A stretch of 64,000 nt of DNA from contig NW_021831731.1 of NCBI RefSeq assembly GCF_006345805.1, positions 186,001 to 250,000 of the forward strand, in the 5' to 3' direction. The DNA is from Octopus sinensis (taxonomy: Eukaryota). Shown here one piece after another: positions 11,381 to 25,107 of the stretch (positions are counted from its first letter, which is position 1; every line of letters starts with the position of its first letter). The translations under genes and the position numbers were made by a program. The notes under the pieces are model-generated. The model made no database searches. It worked only from the letters and a program-made list of their open reading frames with translations, and was not told the DNA's origin.

Positions 11381-12729
11381 TTAATGATGATGGTAGGAAT
11401 AATAGAAATAGCGATGAAAGACAAAAAAAACTTTGCTACATCGCAAAGAATCTGCCGTTAGGAAAAGTGAAAAAAAATTCTTTTAACAAAACAAATATTT
11501 CCTTCCAATACAAAACAAATTTAACAAAAGCAAGTTAAAAACTAAAAGAATGAATGCAATGCCAACAGCATAAGTAAAGATTTTTTGGGGAGGAGTTTGG
11601 AAGGAGAGCAGGTGGATTGCTACGGGCAAAAATGTTAAAACAAGTGTGACACCTAATTAATCGCAGAAAAAATATCCTAAGGAGTAACTCAGATGTTTAA
11701 AAAAATCATCAACAAATGACAAAGTATCAAACTTCTGATTAAAGTGGCTAACAGCTACCAACAAAGTACTGCCAAAAATATTCAACTATTTACCGAAAGA
11801 AGGCGAAATATCACCTAAATGGTACCCGACAGTAAACACTTCTTCATTCATGAAAACTGAAGTAAAATACAGATATATAATTTACTTGCTTCAATAAGAA
11901 TATGTCAAAGGATGGAAGCAGACAAAAGGAAGAAAAAACCTGCTACTTCTAGGAGAAGCGAATGGTTATCTCAAAAATCTCATATCGATGTAAGAAGCCA
12001 GCTACACCTCGAATAAAGCCACGTGGAGAAGAAATATCTGATTTTGATGCATGTTGATTACTATTGGACTTAACAGTAATTCTCATCTGTGAATACTGCA
12101 TATTTTTACCACCTGTAAACATTCAAGTAGTTACATTAAACATCCCTTGAGGACATAGAACTAGTTTTTCGAATTCCTTTGAAAGGAATCCTCAGAACGA
12201 GCCAGGGCCCTTTTAAAAAATAAATTTTTCAACGGGACACTTCTATTATTCTCTACATTTGTACTCAATTGGCTATAAAGTGAATTAAGCGAGACTGGAG
12301 AGGAAAATAATAATGCATTTTAAATAGATACCTCAAAATTCACATAATAAGACAATATTTGTTAAGAATATAAAGGTAGAGGAGTTTTCTGCATGTGAAA
12401 GGCGATATAAAGAGAGGCGTCATCTTATACCTGTTTCTATTGCTTATAAGGAAAACATAAGCAGATTACATTATCAATTCTTCAGAGACTATGCTACTCA
12501 TTAGTAATGTTTAGGATATATACTTAACTACAGACTGTATTACGGTATCAATGACCATAACTACCGTGTTAAAATATATTAAACAATCTGCTTTTGCAGT
12601 TATACACATATGCTTACATATATATATTCATACAGTGATACACACATACGCGCACACTCTTTACACACACATATGCACACACACACACAAACACATACAT
12701 ATACATGAAATGAACAAGTTACCCATATA

Positions 12730-13937
12730 CAGAGTGTCCTAAAATTAAGGCAACCAACTTTTTTCAATTTTTTTAAAGCAAAATGCTACTATAATTCGGA
12801 TCCACCTCTGTTTCGAATCACAATCTTAAGTCTAGGTGCGAATGATTCACACGCTGCACGCAGCTGTTCTTACTGAATCGGAGCCCATTCCTGGCACAGT
12901 TTTGCCTTTAGAGCGTCAAGTGAAGCATGAGGAGTGCTCAAGACTCACATCTCCAAAACGAAGGAAAAATATAAATCCAACAGGTTGAAATCGTGGCTTC
13001 TTGAGGGTTATACATTCTTGCCTATGAACGATGGAATATTTTTCTGAATACAGTGGTGTGTCTATTTAGAGCTGTGGGATGGTGCCGAGTCCTGCTGGAA
13101 GTTGCAAGGTGCACCTTGAAAGTGATCATTTGTCTATGGAAGCAGTTCAGCTTCTAGAATGTCGCTAATGTATCGCTGGGTTTAGGTTTTAATATTTAAG
13201 GGCACAAAAACGAGGGAAGACCTTCCAGTGGCTGTCACAGCCGCCCAAACCATTACTGACTGTGGATTTTGACGTCGATTTATGATTCTATCATCAACGG
13301 AACTAGATATACTCCAAAGTTGGTCATTATGTTGGTTTATTGTCTGTTCAATGTCAAAATTTCTTTTCATCAGTGTGCATCAAGTTGGGCAGCATGCCTT
13401 CAGCAATCTGGTGCAGGATAAGACGACTTCTTTCTAGTATCATGGCCTTATAAACTTGTGTGAGCTCATAACGGCAGGTCATCTTGTAGGGATGGGTCTT
13501 GAGATCCTCCTTCGGCACTCGATACATCGATGTTCGGTTTATTTTTGCTGTTGAAGCCAGTTTTCTGACGGAACGACGAAGATTTTGCCGTATCTTTTCT
13601 CTGGTAGCTTTGATAAGCTGAGGGGTCCACAGGTTTTCCGTCATGTCCAGGTTGATCAGCGGTGGAACTACTCTGTTAAAATCTCTTGATAATTTTCCAG
13701 ACTGTTCTTCGCCTAATTTAAAGCCTTTTTTTCTGCAGTTGTATTATTTTCGCCTCCTTGGTAAATGGTAATGAATATATTTCGGTCTATAGCCATTAGC
13801 TAATTCATAAATCTGAATTTATTTAGTCTGAAGCAAAAAGAAGACACACTAATGATGTATAATTTTCATATCTTATCACATTTATTGATAGTTATTAAAG
13901 CCCGAAATTTCGACTGCTTTAATTTCGGGACACCCTG
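12730..13937 (-). mobile_element. Full-length Tc1/mariner-superfamily element, maT (DD37D) family, transposase pseudogene
   Basis: TA-flanked imperfect TIRs of about 25 bp (cagagtgtcctaaaattaaggca / cagggtgtcccgaaattaaagca). Transposase has HTDEKKF, VMVWAAVT and QQDSAPSH-(37 aa between Ds, counted)-..SHDFNLLD. In-frame stops and frameshifts. Confidence 0.92.
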
Positions 13938-14008
13938 TAAGATTTGGTTCTAGTGATATATGGGAATTGATAAAGCCAGATCTATAATAGACACAAAAAT
14001 GGAAATGA

Positions 14009-14124
14009 TACATACATACATACATACATACATACATACATACATACATACATACATACATACATACATACATACATACATACATACATACATACATACA
14101 TACATACATACATACATGCATACA
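14009..14124. repeat. (TACA)n microsatellite
   Basis: Direct inspection. Confidence 0.98.
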
Positions 14125-14665
14125 GGCCTGATATAATGATTGGGGATAGAGAAGAGAAACTGTGCACAGTTGTGGAAATTAGCTGCCCAGTGGATGTAAG
14201 CATGAAACTGAAGATCAGCGAAAAAGTTAACACCTATGTTGAACTATTGATAAACCTGCAGTTACTCTATCCAGATTATAAGTTCAGATTTATACCTGTA
14301 ATTATTGGGGCCCTGAGATATGTAACACACTGCCTAAATACCAATCTTGAGAAATTAGGCTTCTCAAAACCAGGAAGGAGAAAGCTAATTCGAAGACTAC
14401 AGAGCTAATCCATCACTGGAACTGTAAAATCTATAAAACTTTCCAGGTAGTTTATCATTAAATATGTATGAGTATGTCTAGATATACAACTAGATGCATG
14501 AGAATACATAGATAAAGCAAAAAATACAAATCCGCACATATACATACATACAAACAAAAATACCATGTTGTTGATGTTGGAATTCCAATGAAGGAGCCTT
14601 GAATCTAGGTTAGAAACCGGCTCTCTCTTTATTGACAAGAAATCATGAAATAAACTGAACAATGA
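14124..14665 (+). mobile_element. 5'-truncated R4/Dong-type retrotransposon: RLE endonuclease domain plus 3' UTR
   Basis: RPDIMIGDREEKLCTVVEISCPVD...KVNTY..L...IPVIIGALRY is a PD-(D/E)xK restriction-like endonuclease. The element ends in a (CATA)n tail at 14666-14702. Confidence 0.88.
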
Positions 14666-14718
14666 CACAACATGCATGCATACATGCATACATACATACA
14701 TAATACCTTAAAAAAAAA

Positions 14719-15040
14719 GACTCCGCTGGTTACGACGACGAGGGTCCCAGCTGATACGATCAACGGAACAGCTTGCTCGTGAAATTAACGTGCAAATGGC
14801 TGAGCATTCCACAGACACGCGTACCCTTAACGTAGTTCTCGGTGATAATCAGCGTGACACAGAGAGTGACAAGGCTGACCCTTTGAAATACAAGTACAAC
14901 TCATTTTTGCCAGCTGAGTGGACTGGAGCAACGTGAAATAAAGTGTCTTGCTCAAGGACACAACGCGTCGACGGGAATCGAACTCACAACCTTACGATCA
15001 TGAGCCGAATGCCCTAACCACTAAGCCACGCGCCCTCACT
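14719..15040 (-). mobile_element. Young tRNA-derived CORE-like SINE with 10-bp TSD
   Basis: A box GGCTTAGTGGTTAG, B box AGTTCGATTCC, CCTTGAGCAAGACACTT core. TSD CATAATACCT at 14699-14708 and 15043-15052. Confidence 0.93.
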
Positions 15041-15169
15041 CCCATAATACCTACCTACATACATACATACATACATATATACATACATACATTATTACAT
15101 GCATATATACATACACACATACATACACACACACATACATACATATATATGTTTCGCTTTTTGCTCAGA

Positions 15170-15835
15170 CAGTTTTTATTTGTATACACGTTTTACAATA
15201 CTTGTCAATCACTTTGGCGAAAGATTCCCATTTAATGGGCATACCATATACCTGTTGCATTTCCCTCTGTTTTCGGCTGATTTCAATGGATTTCTATCTA
15301 ATTCAGTTATTTATTCCAATTGATATGATTTTGCTTTTGTATGCAGCTATAATTTTTATAACTTTTGTATTCTTCCTATTAACCAGTTTACGTTATTTAT
15401 GGACGATCGGGTAAAACCTTGTCGAATATCGCTTTGTTGAAAGATAGATATTGTATTGCTTATATATTAGTGGCTAGGTTTTAATTGTTGAAAGTGGGTG
15501 GATGGGATGCTTGCTTTGTATAGCGATTCTCAATGGAATTTCTATCATGATAATGTTTTCCTCTGGTCAGATTTAGTATTTTATCTTCAAACTTGACTCC
15601 AGGTAATTTGGTTTGTATGGTTACTTCGTGCTCGAATTCCTGGAAATCATCACTTGAGTCTTTTCAAATTTTTCTAATACACATCCGTTCATGCTTTGGG
15701 AGATTGTTAGTTCATCGTCTCTGTATAGCCCTATCTCGTAGTGGCTGAACCTATCACACAGCATTTCCGGGACGCAAACTCCCATTAGTCAGCGTAATTT
15801 GGCTCCATCATAGATCCCATACTAACAACGTATCT
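15170..15835 (-). mobile_element. Penelope-like element reverse transcriptase fragment
   Basis: Minus strand gives MGSYDGAKL and GLYRDDEL (PLE 'MGSYDGAE'/'GLYRDDGL'), then HP-P-like and IDK motifs. Heavily decayed. Confidence 0.75.
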
Positions 15836-15881
15836 TATTTTCAAAAGAGGAATTGTCATAGACATAGAAGGCAATTTATTG

Positions 15882-15882
<1 letters not shown>

Positions 15883-15948
<66 letters not shown>

Positions 15949-16012
15949 ATCTATGCATATGCATATATATATATATATATATATATATGCATAACTATAT
16001 AGCAATATAAAT

Positions 16013-16059
<47 letters not shown>

Positions 16060-16239
16060 ACATACATACATGCCTACATACTCACACACACACGCACACG
16101 CTCACGCGCACACAGACAGACTTTTGTCGCTTATAGATTTCTTGTTTTGTCGGTAAATGTGATTTATCTTCCGCACTGGAGAAAATGCAAATAAACATAG
16201 AACAATTTCAATACTCATAATTAACAAGTTTATATATAT

Positions 16240-16295
<56 letters not shown>

Positions 16296-16348
16296 CATAC
16301 ATACATACATGGATACATATACTCACACACACACACACCACACACACA

Positions 16349-16410
<62 letters not shown>

Positions 16411-16579
16411 CATGTGTATATATATGTATCTATATATCTATTTGATGCATATTTATATATCTATCTTTGTACCCATCTATTTATCTAAATATTTAATTAT
16501 ATATATATTATATAAATATACACGTACATATTTGTATATGTATATACATGTGCATGTGTGTATATATATATATATTTAT

Positions 16580-16612
<33 letters not shown>

Positions 16613-16626
16613 CGTATGTATGTTTG

Positions 16627-16661
<35 letters not shown>

Positions 16662-16688
16662 TATATTTATTATCAATGCATATATAAT

Positions 16689-16722
<34 letters not shown>

Positions 16723-16730
16723 ATATATGC
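15883..16730. repeat. (TA)n/(CA)n microsatellite cluster
   Basis: Direct inspection. Confidence 0.97.
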
Positions 16731-17276
16731 ACTGATAATAAATCACCGTGCCATTCATTCCTCAGGAGTAAATGCTTTCATAACATTCAGTAGAATGATT
16801 GAGGATAGGACAATGGATGTTCATCCAAGTATCCATAATAGAATAGCAAAAATAATGAAATAAAAACAGTATAAATTGTATAAATGGTTGATTACAATTT
16901 GAAATTAGAAAGAAATATCCTCACGAATGACATAATTGTATGAAAGGCCATAATTGTATGAAATAAAGTGGCAGTAATCGTCTTGCTTTTGATAGAAGTA
17001 GATGTGAGATTAAGAGTATTAAAATGTTTTAGCGTAATATAGCTAACTTGTCGGCACAATTTTTCTCAATGGCACTTCCGGTGTAACTAACCGAAGGATG
17101 AAATGTTTGAACAAGTACGTCAAGTTAACCTCTACACTTTATGATAGAAATTGAGCCGGAACCAGTATTAAGAATGTAATGTTTAAAAAAGTAATGGAAC
17201 CACGAATTTGCATAAATTTTGGAGGTACTGAAATTGGAATATTTTAAGGTAGAGATACTAGTGTGCGTAGTTTTGA

Positions 17277-17348
17277 CAACACTGCATGAAATGTTTCAAC
17301 AACACTGCATGAAATGTTTCAACAACACTGCATGAAATGTTTCAACAA
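17277..17348. repeat. Three exact tandem copies of a 23-bp unit (CAACACTGCATGAAATGTTTCAA)
   Basis: Units at 17277, 17300 and 17323. Confidence 0.97.
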
Positions 17349-17354
17349 AGTTTG

Positions 17355-17600
17355 ACTAGAACTCAATGAGGATAGAAGAGGAGCAAGAAAGGAAGAAAGT
17401 TTGTGTAAGTCTGCTACAAGTATGGATGGAGAACGATGTGTTTGTCTGTGGAAGTTGGCAGTCGAGGGTTTGTAAGTTGTACCATGAGAAAGACCTATGG
17501 AACCTTGGGCATTACAAGAATATGCAGAAGAAGCTATCACGAACAACACAGAGGCTGCCGATTAAAATCCTAGATAGCTCTGCTGAGATGAATAGTTAGG
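17355..17600 (+). mobile_element. Hero/NeSL-like RLE retrotransposon C-terminal fragment
   Basis: RIEEEQERKK and WRTMCLSVEVGSRGFV..TLGIT resemble the 'EERIEEAHERKRAKY..GWRTRCLPVEVGCRGF' RLE tail. Confidence 0.7.
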
Positions 17601-20600
17601 GGAATAGTTAGGGTTAGTTGAATGTTAAGAAAACACAGGCCCAGGTTAGATCAACTTAAGCCGGAACATATGGGTGTTTGTGTATATTGTAAGACTCTCC
17701 CCTCCAAAACATACTGTGGCTGCATGGATACAATCCTGACGAAATAGATGTGTTGTGCAGCAAGTTATTTTCTGTCCAAAGTATGCATTGAACTATGGAT
17801 AAAACCGAGATTAAACAAATGACAAGATTGAAATATGTTAGTGAAACCGGCATTTCAGGTAATATGCTTCATTGCATTCGAGGCTTCTGCTAGCCTGGAA
17901 ACGATACAAATCACATCTTGGTTAGTGGATATATTTCACACCTTGATTAGTAGATATATTTTTAGGAACAAGAAAAATAAAATGCAACCGAATACTCGTA
18001 TATTATGGCAGATTTCAAAGAGTTTGTCTTCTTACTTGCAGTTTTTGATATGATTTTTCAAAAATCTTCTTTACTCTGTTTTCTCTTCTTGTGAATTCGT
18101 TTACGTTTTGATCCACTCTAACGTCGACCTCATCTCTTCGGAATCATTTTATTCAAATGTAACTGTATTTCTTTTGTTTAAACTGCTGTTCTCTGTTCTG
18201 CTTCTCTTCTGCTATAACTCATCATCTTCTCGTACTGTCTTTTAAAATGTTACCGTATCATATTCTCAAGTGTACTCATTATCCACGGCACAATAACATA
18301 CCTTATTCAATGAAAAAAAAAGGGGTGTGTCTACGTGGATGTTAGACCTGTTAGAAATATTAGTCAAATCTTACTCAAATTACACCTTACTGCCTTGAAA
18401 AATATAATATAGTCTTGAAAAAAAAAAAATAGATAGTCGCGGCTGGAATACTTCTGACCGTAGGTGTTCTCATTTATGGTACACCTGCTGTTAAGCAACA
18501 CAAAATTTATTAAGACAAACAATTTCTCTTGTTTTTCGATTCCTCTGATATATGCCATCACGATGGCAATAGTTCTATGTGCTGTTTTGATAGAAACTCT
18601 ATCGTTGCAGATTTATATCAAGTATAGAAAGGAAAACGTGTCAAAACTTCAACTCGTCATGTTAAAGTTTCTAATTCAAAGTTCTAGCCCCCGAACCACC
18701 ATTTATCAGAACAAATGCCAATAACTATAAAACAAACTTATGACACATAACTAACTAAACGACGTAAATATTTAAAAAATACATAAAAATAGATGACACA
18801 AATTTTTGGAAAAACGTTAATGGCATTTTATTTTCTTCATCCTTTTACAACAATGTACTGAAGTAGAAATTCGTGGCTGATATTACTTTTTATTGAATTT
18901 TATTCCATAAATTCCCATATTGTTAAAGAACTGATGTCTGTGATAAGCAGTTATGATGGTTTCAAAATTCAATTCATTACCATAAAATGCAACCGAGCGC
19001 AAATATGCAGTAATACAATTGAGCGACTAGATAGGATGATAAGAGGCAAGAGGTAATTGAATCTGTTTCAATTAGAAATCAATTTAGTTGATAAATATTA
19101 GGATTATTGACTGGTTCAAGCTGCTTGACTGTTAATCCGATGATTAGAATGATTAATTAATTTCCCACAGCAAGTTATTTTGTATCGATTGTGAAAATTA
19201 ACTGTTTGGATTAAATCTTATGTTAGCGTTAAAGAGAAAAATTATAAAACAGTAAAACAAAACAAAACAAAACTAAAATGAAGATCAAAACTTCTAATTT
19301 CTAAACATGCTATGTTACTTAAAAATATTTATTTATTTATGTGTTCATTTACTTATTCTTGTTCTTAAATTCTATGACTGCATCTACGTACATAGACAGA
19401 GATGTATTATACATTAATAGCTTAAATGTTTAAATAAAGACTATTAACCGATATAAACTTTTGTAATTTATTTAGATAATAATGATCCCTCAAACGGGAA
19501 TCAGACGACAGATTTCTTTTCTCTGTTGGTAAACATGCAACTATGTAATTGTTAGTGTTTTGTTCTAAAAACAAGAAATCAGTAGTTTATACCAAGCATG
19601 ATATAACACTATTTCTAATCCAGATTCTACAGTTAAAAAGAGGGTGTGTAATGCATCAGTTAAGGAAGTACTGAGAATGACCGGGCCCTTAGTTAACCGG
19701 AAGTATCAGCTGTTTGTTTTCTGCTGTTGCACCTACATTTCGTATTCACACTCTTTCTAACCAAGACATTTTGTTCTCACCTGCCTGGTTGACCTCGCTA
19801 TATGTAAGTAGACGTGAGCGAGTGATTGGGAAATTAGCTTTGCAATCGTGATGCTCCGGGTTCAACCTCTTGGCACAGCACCATTGGCACTATATGCGTT
19901 GGTGATCCAAACATCCTGATTAAAATTGACAGAGACTCGGATGGACTGTGTATATAATTCAAAGGGTCCTCTTCGTTACTGACTGTCTTACGCTGATTCT
20001 ACCCAAGAATTATGTTAAGGGTGCACGTTCTTGTAGAAATACGTTGTAACTAGTTCCGTTGATATAACAGTTATCGTCGATTTACATTATTATTTTGTTT
20101 TAAATAATCAGTGGCAGTTCTCTAAAACTTGTGCTTATTTCGTTAGTTTGCAGCAAGGAATGGAACTACTTCAATTAATGGGGGATGTATTAGATGAATG
20201 GGTTGGTCTTATACCCAAGGAATCATTTGCTTTTATCAATCGTTTAAAGTTTTAGAAATCAAAATTAAATACTGAGTTGTTTGACTCCTGTGGTCAGTGA
20301 AAAGTTCAAATTTAAGCAGCAAATCAATAAAAAATATCCTGAAGATTTTGTAAAATAAGATAGGGATGAAGAGTTATAATTTCAATTGACATTATAAAAA
20401 CGATCCGACAAATAGTTATTACATGGAGTGTTGGAAGTGGAAATATAATACTGGTTTTTCGTTTTCATTGTACATTCTCGAATGTGTGCTGCATTATGCG
20501 AGTGCATGTGCACTTATTACGAAACCTCAAGTGTGTAAAAGCAGAATTTCAGTGTCGGCAGCATTTGGTTTTCCTGTCACAAAAGCTGGAAGCTGTTTCC

Positions 20601-23600
20601 AGAAATTTGTTGCAGCAGTGGCTAAATTGAAACTAAAAATCTCACCATTACCATTAGGGTAAAATCTGATAAAATCCTATGGAGAATTTTAGTAGCCTTC
20701 TTATCAGATTAATACTGAAATGACGATAATCATCTGTCATTAGTGTAGTTTGATTTGTTGTGCGAGAGTGGTGTGGAGTCTGAAGAAAGATGTCAATGAA
20801 TGTAGCAGTTTTATAGTACATTTGCGCCATGTTTCAACACATTGTTTCTGCAGCTGACGATAGTAACGATGAATCATCGAGGAAAGATTTAAAGAACATT
20901 ATCAGTGACATATGCCAGTAAAATCACAAGCAAAAAGCAAAAAGTTCCTTCTGCATAGTCTGGTAACCAGCTAGACATAGCAGTCAAATTGCTCCCAAAC
21001 CCACATAGTACCCTCTAAAAGGGATGACATATTAAATAATGTATTCCTACATAACTTCTAAAAATACGAGATGGCCACGCTGGCATGCTTTTGGGCCTAG
21101 GTTTGCTCGATCAGGGTTGAATGGAGTAAACAAACACAAGAGCAGCAAAAACAAAAAAACAAAAACAAACAAACAATAACAAGCAAACATCTCTGAAAGG
21201 AAGGTACTAGTGTAAAATCACACATAACTGTTCAAGATTGGTCATCACGTGACAGTTTTGTCCGAAGCAGTACCCCAGCATGGCTGCAGTCTAATGACTG
21301 AAACAGGTAAAAGATAAAAGACATATATATATAATTTTTCTTTTGCCCTTGTTTATAAGTTGTTTATAATTTTAGCCTTTAAAGGTATTTTAATATGCTG
21401 CAACTTTTGATGAAATTTTTTTTCTGAAAAAAATTTCATCCTATATCAATAGTATGTATGTATATATGTGTGGTTTGAGATACTGCAGTTCTAAATATGC
21501 AAAATAGCTAGATAGTCACGGATGGAGTATGTCTGATCATAAGTATGCTCAATAAACGTCGATCTGAGAATAAAGAAGCAGTTTATGTAACATGTTTGTT
21601 ACCTATTGCAGCACACACTCTCCGTCCCACGCACACACACACACACGCATATGTGAAATAGGCACATATACTTTTTGTGTTGGATTTCCACTCTGGGACT
21701 ACTTTATTTTTTACTTTGCAATTTTCAAAGTAAAAATAAAATAAAAAAAGGTATTTTCTTCATCTCAGTTAAATCTATTTCTATTATAAATGTATATATT
21801 GCCAATTTTGTTTTCAAGAAACCGCTATCTGCTATAATTCGACTATTTTCACTCTTGACCCCGTATTTATTATTTTTTTTTGCTATTACATTTTTTCTGC
21901 ATGGGCTTTGACTTATTAAATATCAATAACATGCAGCGTGTATAATTAGTTTATGTAACATGCATATTTCTAATTCGTCCATCTGTTTTTTTGTTTGTAA
22001 GGAGTCGAATTCATTTCACATATATTTCGTAGTAATAACGGTAATATAATTGCAATTACGTGCACCTATTTCAATCTTAAATGTTCTCATAAGTGCAATA
22101 TTGAATTTCAGTTTTAAATTTGTTTATATATGGAAATCAAAGAGGCTTCTTAAATCAGAAAGTTTAAATTATCAGATGGAGTTTTTCAAATTATGGAAAC
22201 ATATGGAGAGAGAGAATGAAAGAAAGAAAGGAGACAGAGAGAGTGAAAGAGAGAGAGAGAGAAAAAGAAAGAAAGAAAGAAAGAAGGAGAAAGAGAAATG
22301 AATAAATAAATAAAGAAAGAGAGAGATAAAGAGAGCTTGTAAGTTTTCCATGTTCGTCTCTAAGCAAACCTTTGATCAAAAGGCATCCTAGACGTGACCA
22401 CCCCGTTCTTCTAGGACTGTATTGTAGTTCTGGTGTATAGACAAATTACAAGAAACTATGGACGCTTACGCTATCCTTGCAAGTTGTAGCTCGACTTTCA
22501 AGAAATTATAATCAAATCTTCCGGAGCCAATGAAGAAGACTTTGTGGTTGTTTAGCTTGCTACGAAGCAATTTTTTTTCTGAAATTGTTCCCTACATCTT
22601 TAAGATGGCAAGGAGTTCAGAGCGGCGGTTCTGACAACTATCAGCTTTGTATTAGAAATATTAGCGGATTGTTTTGACATATGATTTCTTTTTATTATCC
22701 GAAGACAAAATAGTGTTTGCATTTACACAATTTTTCTTTCTTCACCATAGCATTAGAAGAATTTAACAAATTGGGAACCATTTCCATTTTATAAGACATA
22801 GCAATTCAATTACTCTCAATCCTAATCGGTTTCTACAGGTTTTGCCAGTCCTTGATGAGCAACACATTGGTTTAGGGCACTCTATGTCTGAAAAATTAAG
22901 AAATGGTCTTAGATGGAATGCCTCTGATAATGGTCTGTTCTACTAGGACCGACTGCAGTTAAACAATAAAAACAACAATAATAAAAACACCAGCAATAAC
23001 AATAGAAACCGTAATTAATTGATGTACATTTAATGATGGTCTTGCTGACCGCTAAGTTTGATTCTCATTAATTTCGAAGAATCTTATCGACATGTCATGC
23101 TTCCAAAATTAGAATATTTTTGCTTCTATTTCCAATATATTCTACAATTTAGTTTGAGTCTAAGATTTACTTTCATTTACTATTGACACTAACGATGAGA
23201 ATGTTTCCAAGATTGTCTTTAATTATTCAATTATTTAATTATTTTATCTTTGAATCTACGGGTCCTGTAGACATTACCACAATTACTGAATCTTCAAGCT
23301 GCTCACAACAAGGAAGTCAGACTCCTCCCACAACTCAATTGATAGGCATTTCCTTGAGCTTGCATGATCGCTCAATATCTAAAATCATTTCACTACAGGT
23401 AAATGACTCATATATATCTTGTCAGCTTCTATATCAAAAAAATATTCCACGAGTCAGTCGGTGGAGTCTGTCTATGTTCGCTTAATCTACCCACAATGGC
23501 AGTTGAATCTCCCTCAGATCACACCTTCAAATGGATAATTGTATCCAAGACTCACCATATTTCTAATGTGTGGGCGGTTACGCCTGAAATAATTTTGATT

Positions 23601-24686
23601 ATAGATTTATAGGATCAAGGTTAACCTTGGGCTAAACAACATCTATACAAACAGCAAGTAAAAACAAGAAGAAAATTTACTATCCATGAATCTATGTCTG
23701 GTAACATGTATTGTAATTTGACATCACTGTCTAGATTCTAACAAAGCGAAAACTGAAATAAATTTGTATTTGTATAAATTACTGGTGCGTTAACAGTGTT
23801 CTATTTCAAAGCAGTACTGTACTTCAGAATATATCAACAGACTTTTAGTTTAAATAGATGTAGACACCATGTAATTATATTCAGTATCTTTCTGGATGGA
23901 AAAATGTAATTCAGCCGAACTAGTTTAAATCCGCTGAATACTCTCTCGAAGTGTCCACAGAGAGATTACATGTAGACCCAGCTTCATTAAGGGATAAACG
24001 AGACTGGATAAACTGGGTAAAATTTTCATATGTTACAGACTATAGGCAACGAGTTCTATAAGTATATTACTATTGTAATAGCGTTTGTGTTAAAATGCTA
24101 TGTTCCACTTCAGAATGTATTAATCGAACAAGATGCCAAGAAAATATATGCAAAATGATATACCCAGTTTACTTAAGGACTTTGTAATAGTCGGCTTGCA
24201 AACAATGTCTTCGTCGACAGTTAATATATGTACTTAGTGTCGATGGAATCCCTACACAGGATTCAGACTAAGTTCATATTTTTCTGTTCATGAAGATAAG
24301 GGACTGCTTACTACTCATTATAAATATGTTGCCTAAACTCTACAGACATATTTTGTAATACAGTATGTAATTTATCTTTTGTCTGCACCACACTGAGCAT
24401 TATTGCACGCTTCCCCGTTGGGAGTGTTGATTACATCAGTAATATAGCAATTGGTGTCGTAGCTCTCTCTTTGTTAACCTTAATTTCGGGTTTTCAAAAT
24501 TAGATCTTGATTAAAGTTCTCGTCGTTTCAGCCTTTTGAAGAGATTACACCCGGGAAATTTCCAACGTCTTACGTGAGTGTTGGAGGACTGGTTTAAATT
24601 GGCTAACAGCGACCTTCCACCTGAAGCAAATCGCTAACAATATTTAAGTTTTGGGTGAAAACCTCCGTGTCCTTCATTTCCTCATT

Positions 24687-24763
<77 letters not shown>

Positions 24764-24812
24764 ACTACTACTACTACTACCACTACTACTACTACTACTG
24801 CTGCTGCTACTA

Positions 24813-24898
<86 letters not shown>

Positions 24899-25052
24899 AC
24901 TCCTGCTGCTACTACTACTACTACTATTGCTGCTGCTGCTACTACTACTGCTGCTGCTGTTGCTACTACTACTGCTGCTCCTGCTACTAATACTACTATT
25001 ACTACTACTACTACTACTACTGCCACTACTACTGCTACTGCTGTTGCTGCTG

Positions 25053-25106
<54 letters not shown>

Positions 25107-25107
25107 T
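24687..25107. repeat. Interdigitated (CTA)n/(CTG)n trinucleotide array
   Basis: Direct inspection. Confidence 0.98.

Noticed and set aside
17277-17348. CRISPR-like array
   Set aside because: The repeats are contiguous with no spacers, the context is eukaryotic and there are no cas genes.
22839-23398. Candidate exons (AG|GTTTTGCCAGTC..TAG at ~22839-22946; AG|ACATTACC..CAG|GT at 23271-23398)
   Set aside because: Splice-like ends and short open frames occur by chance. No recognisable protein and no exon chain.
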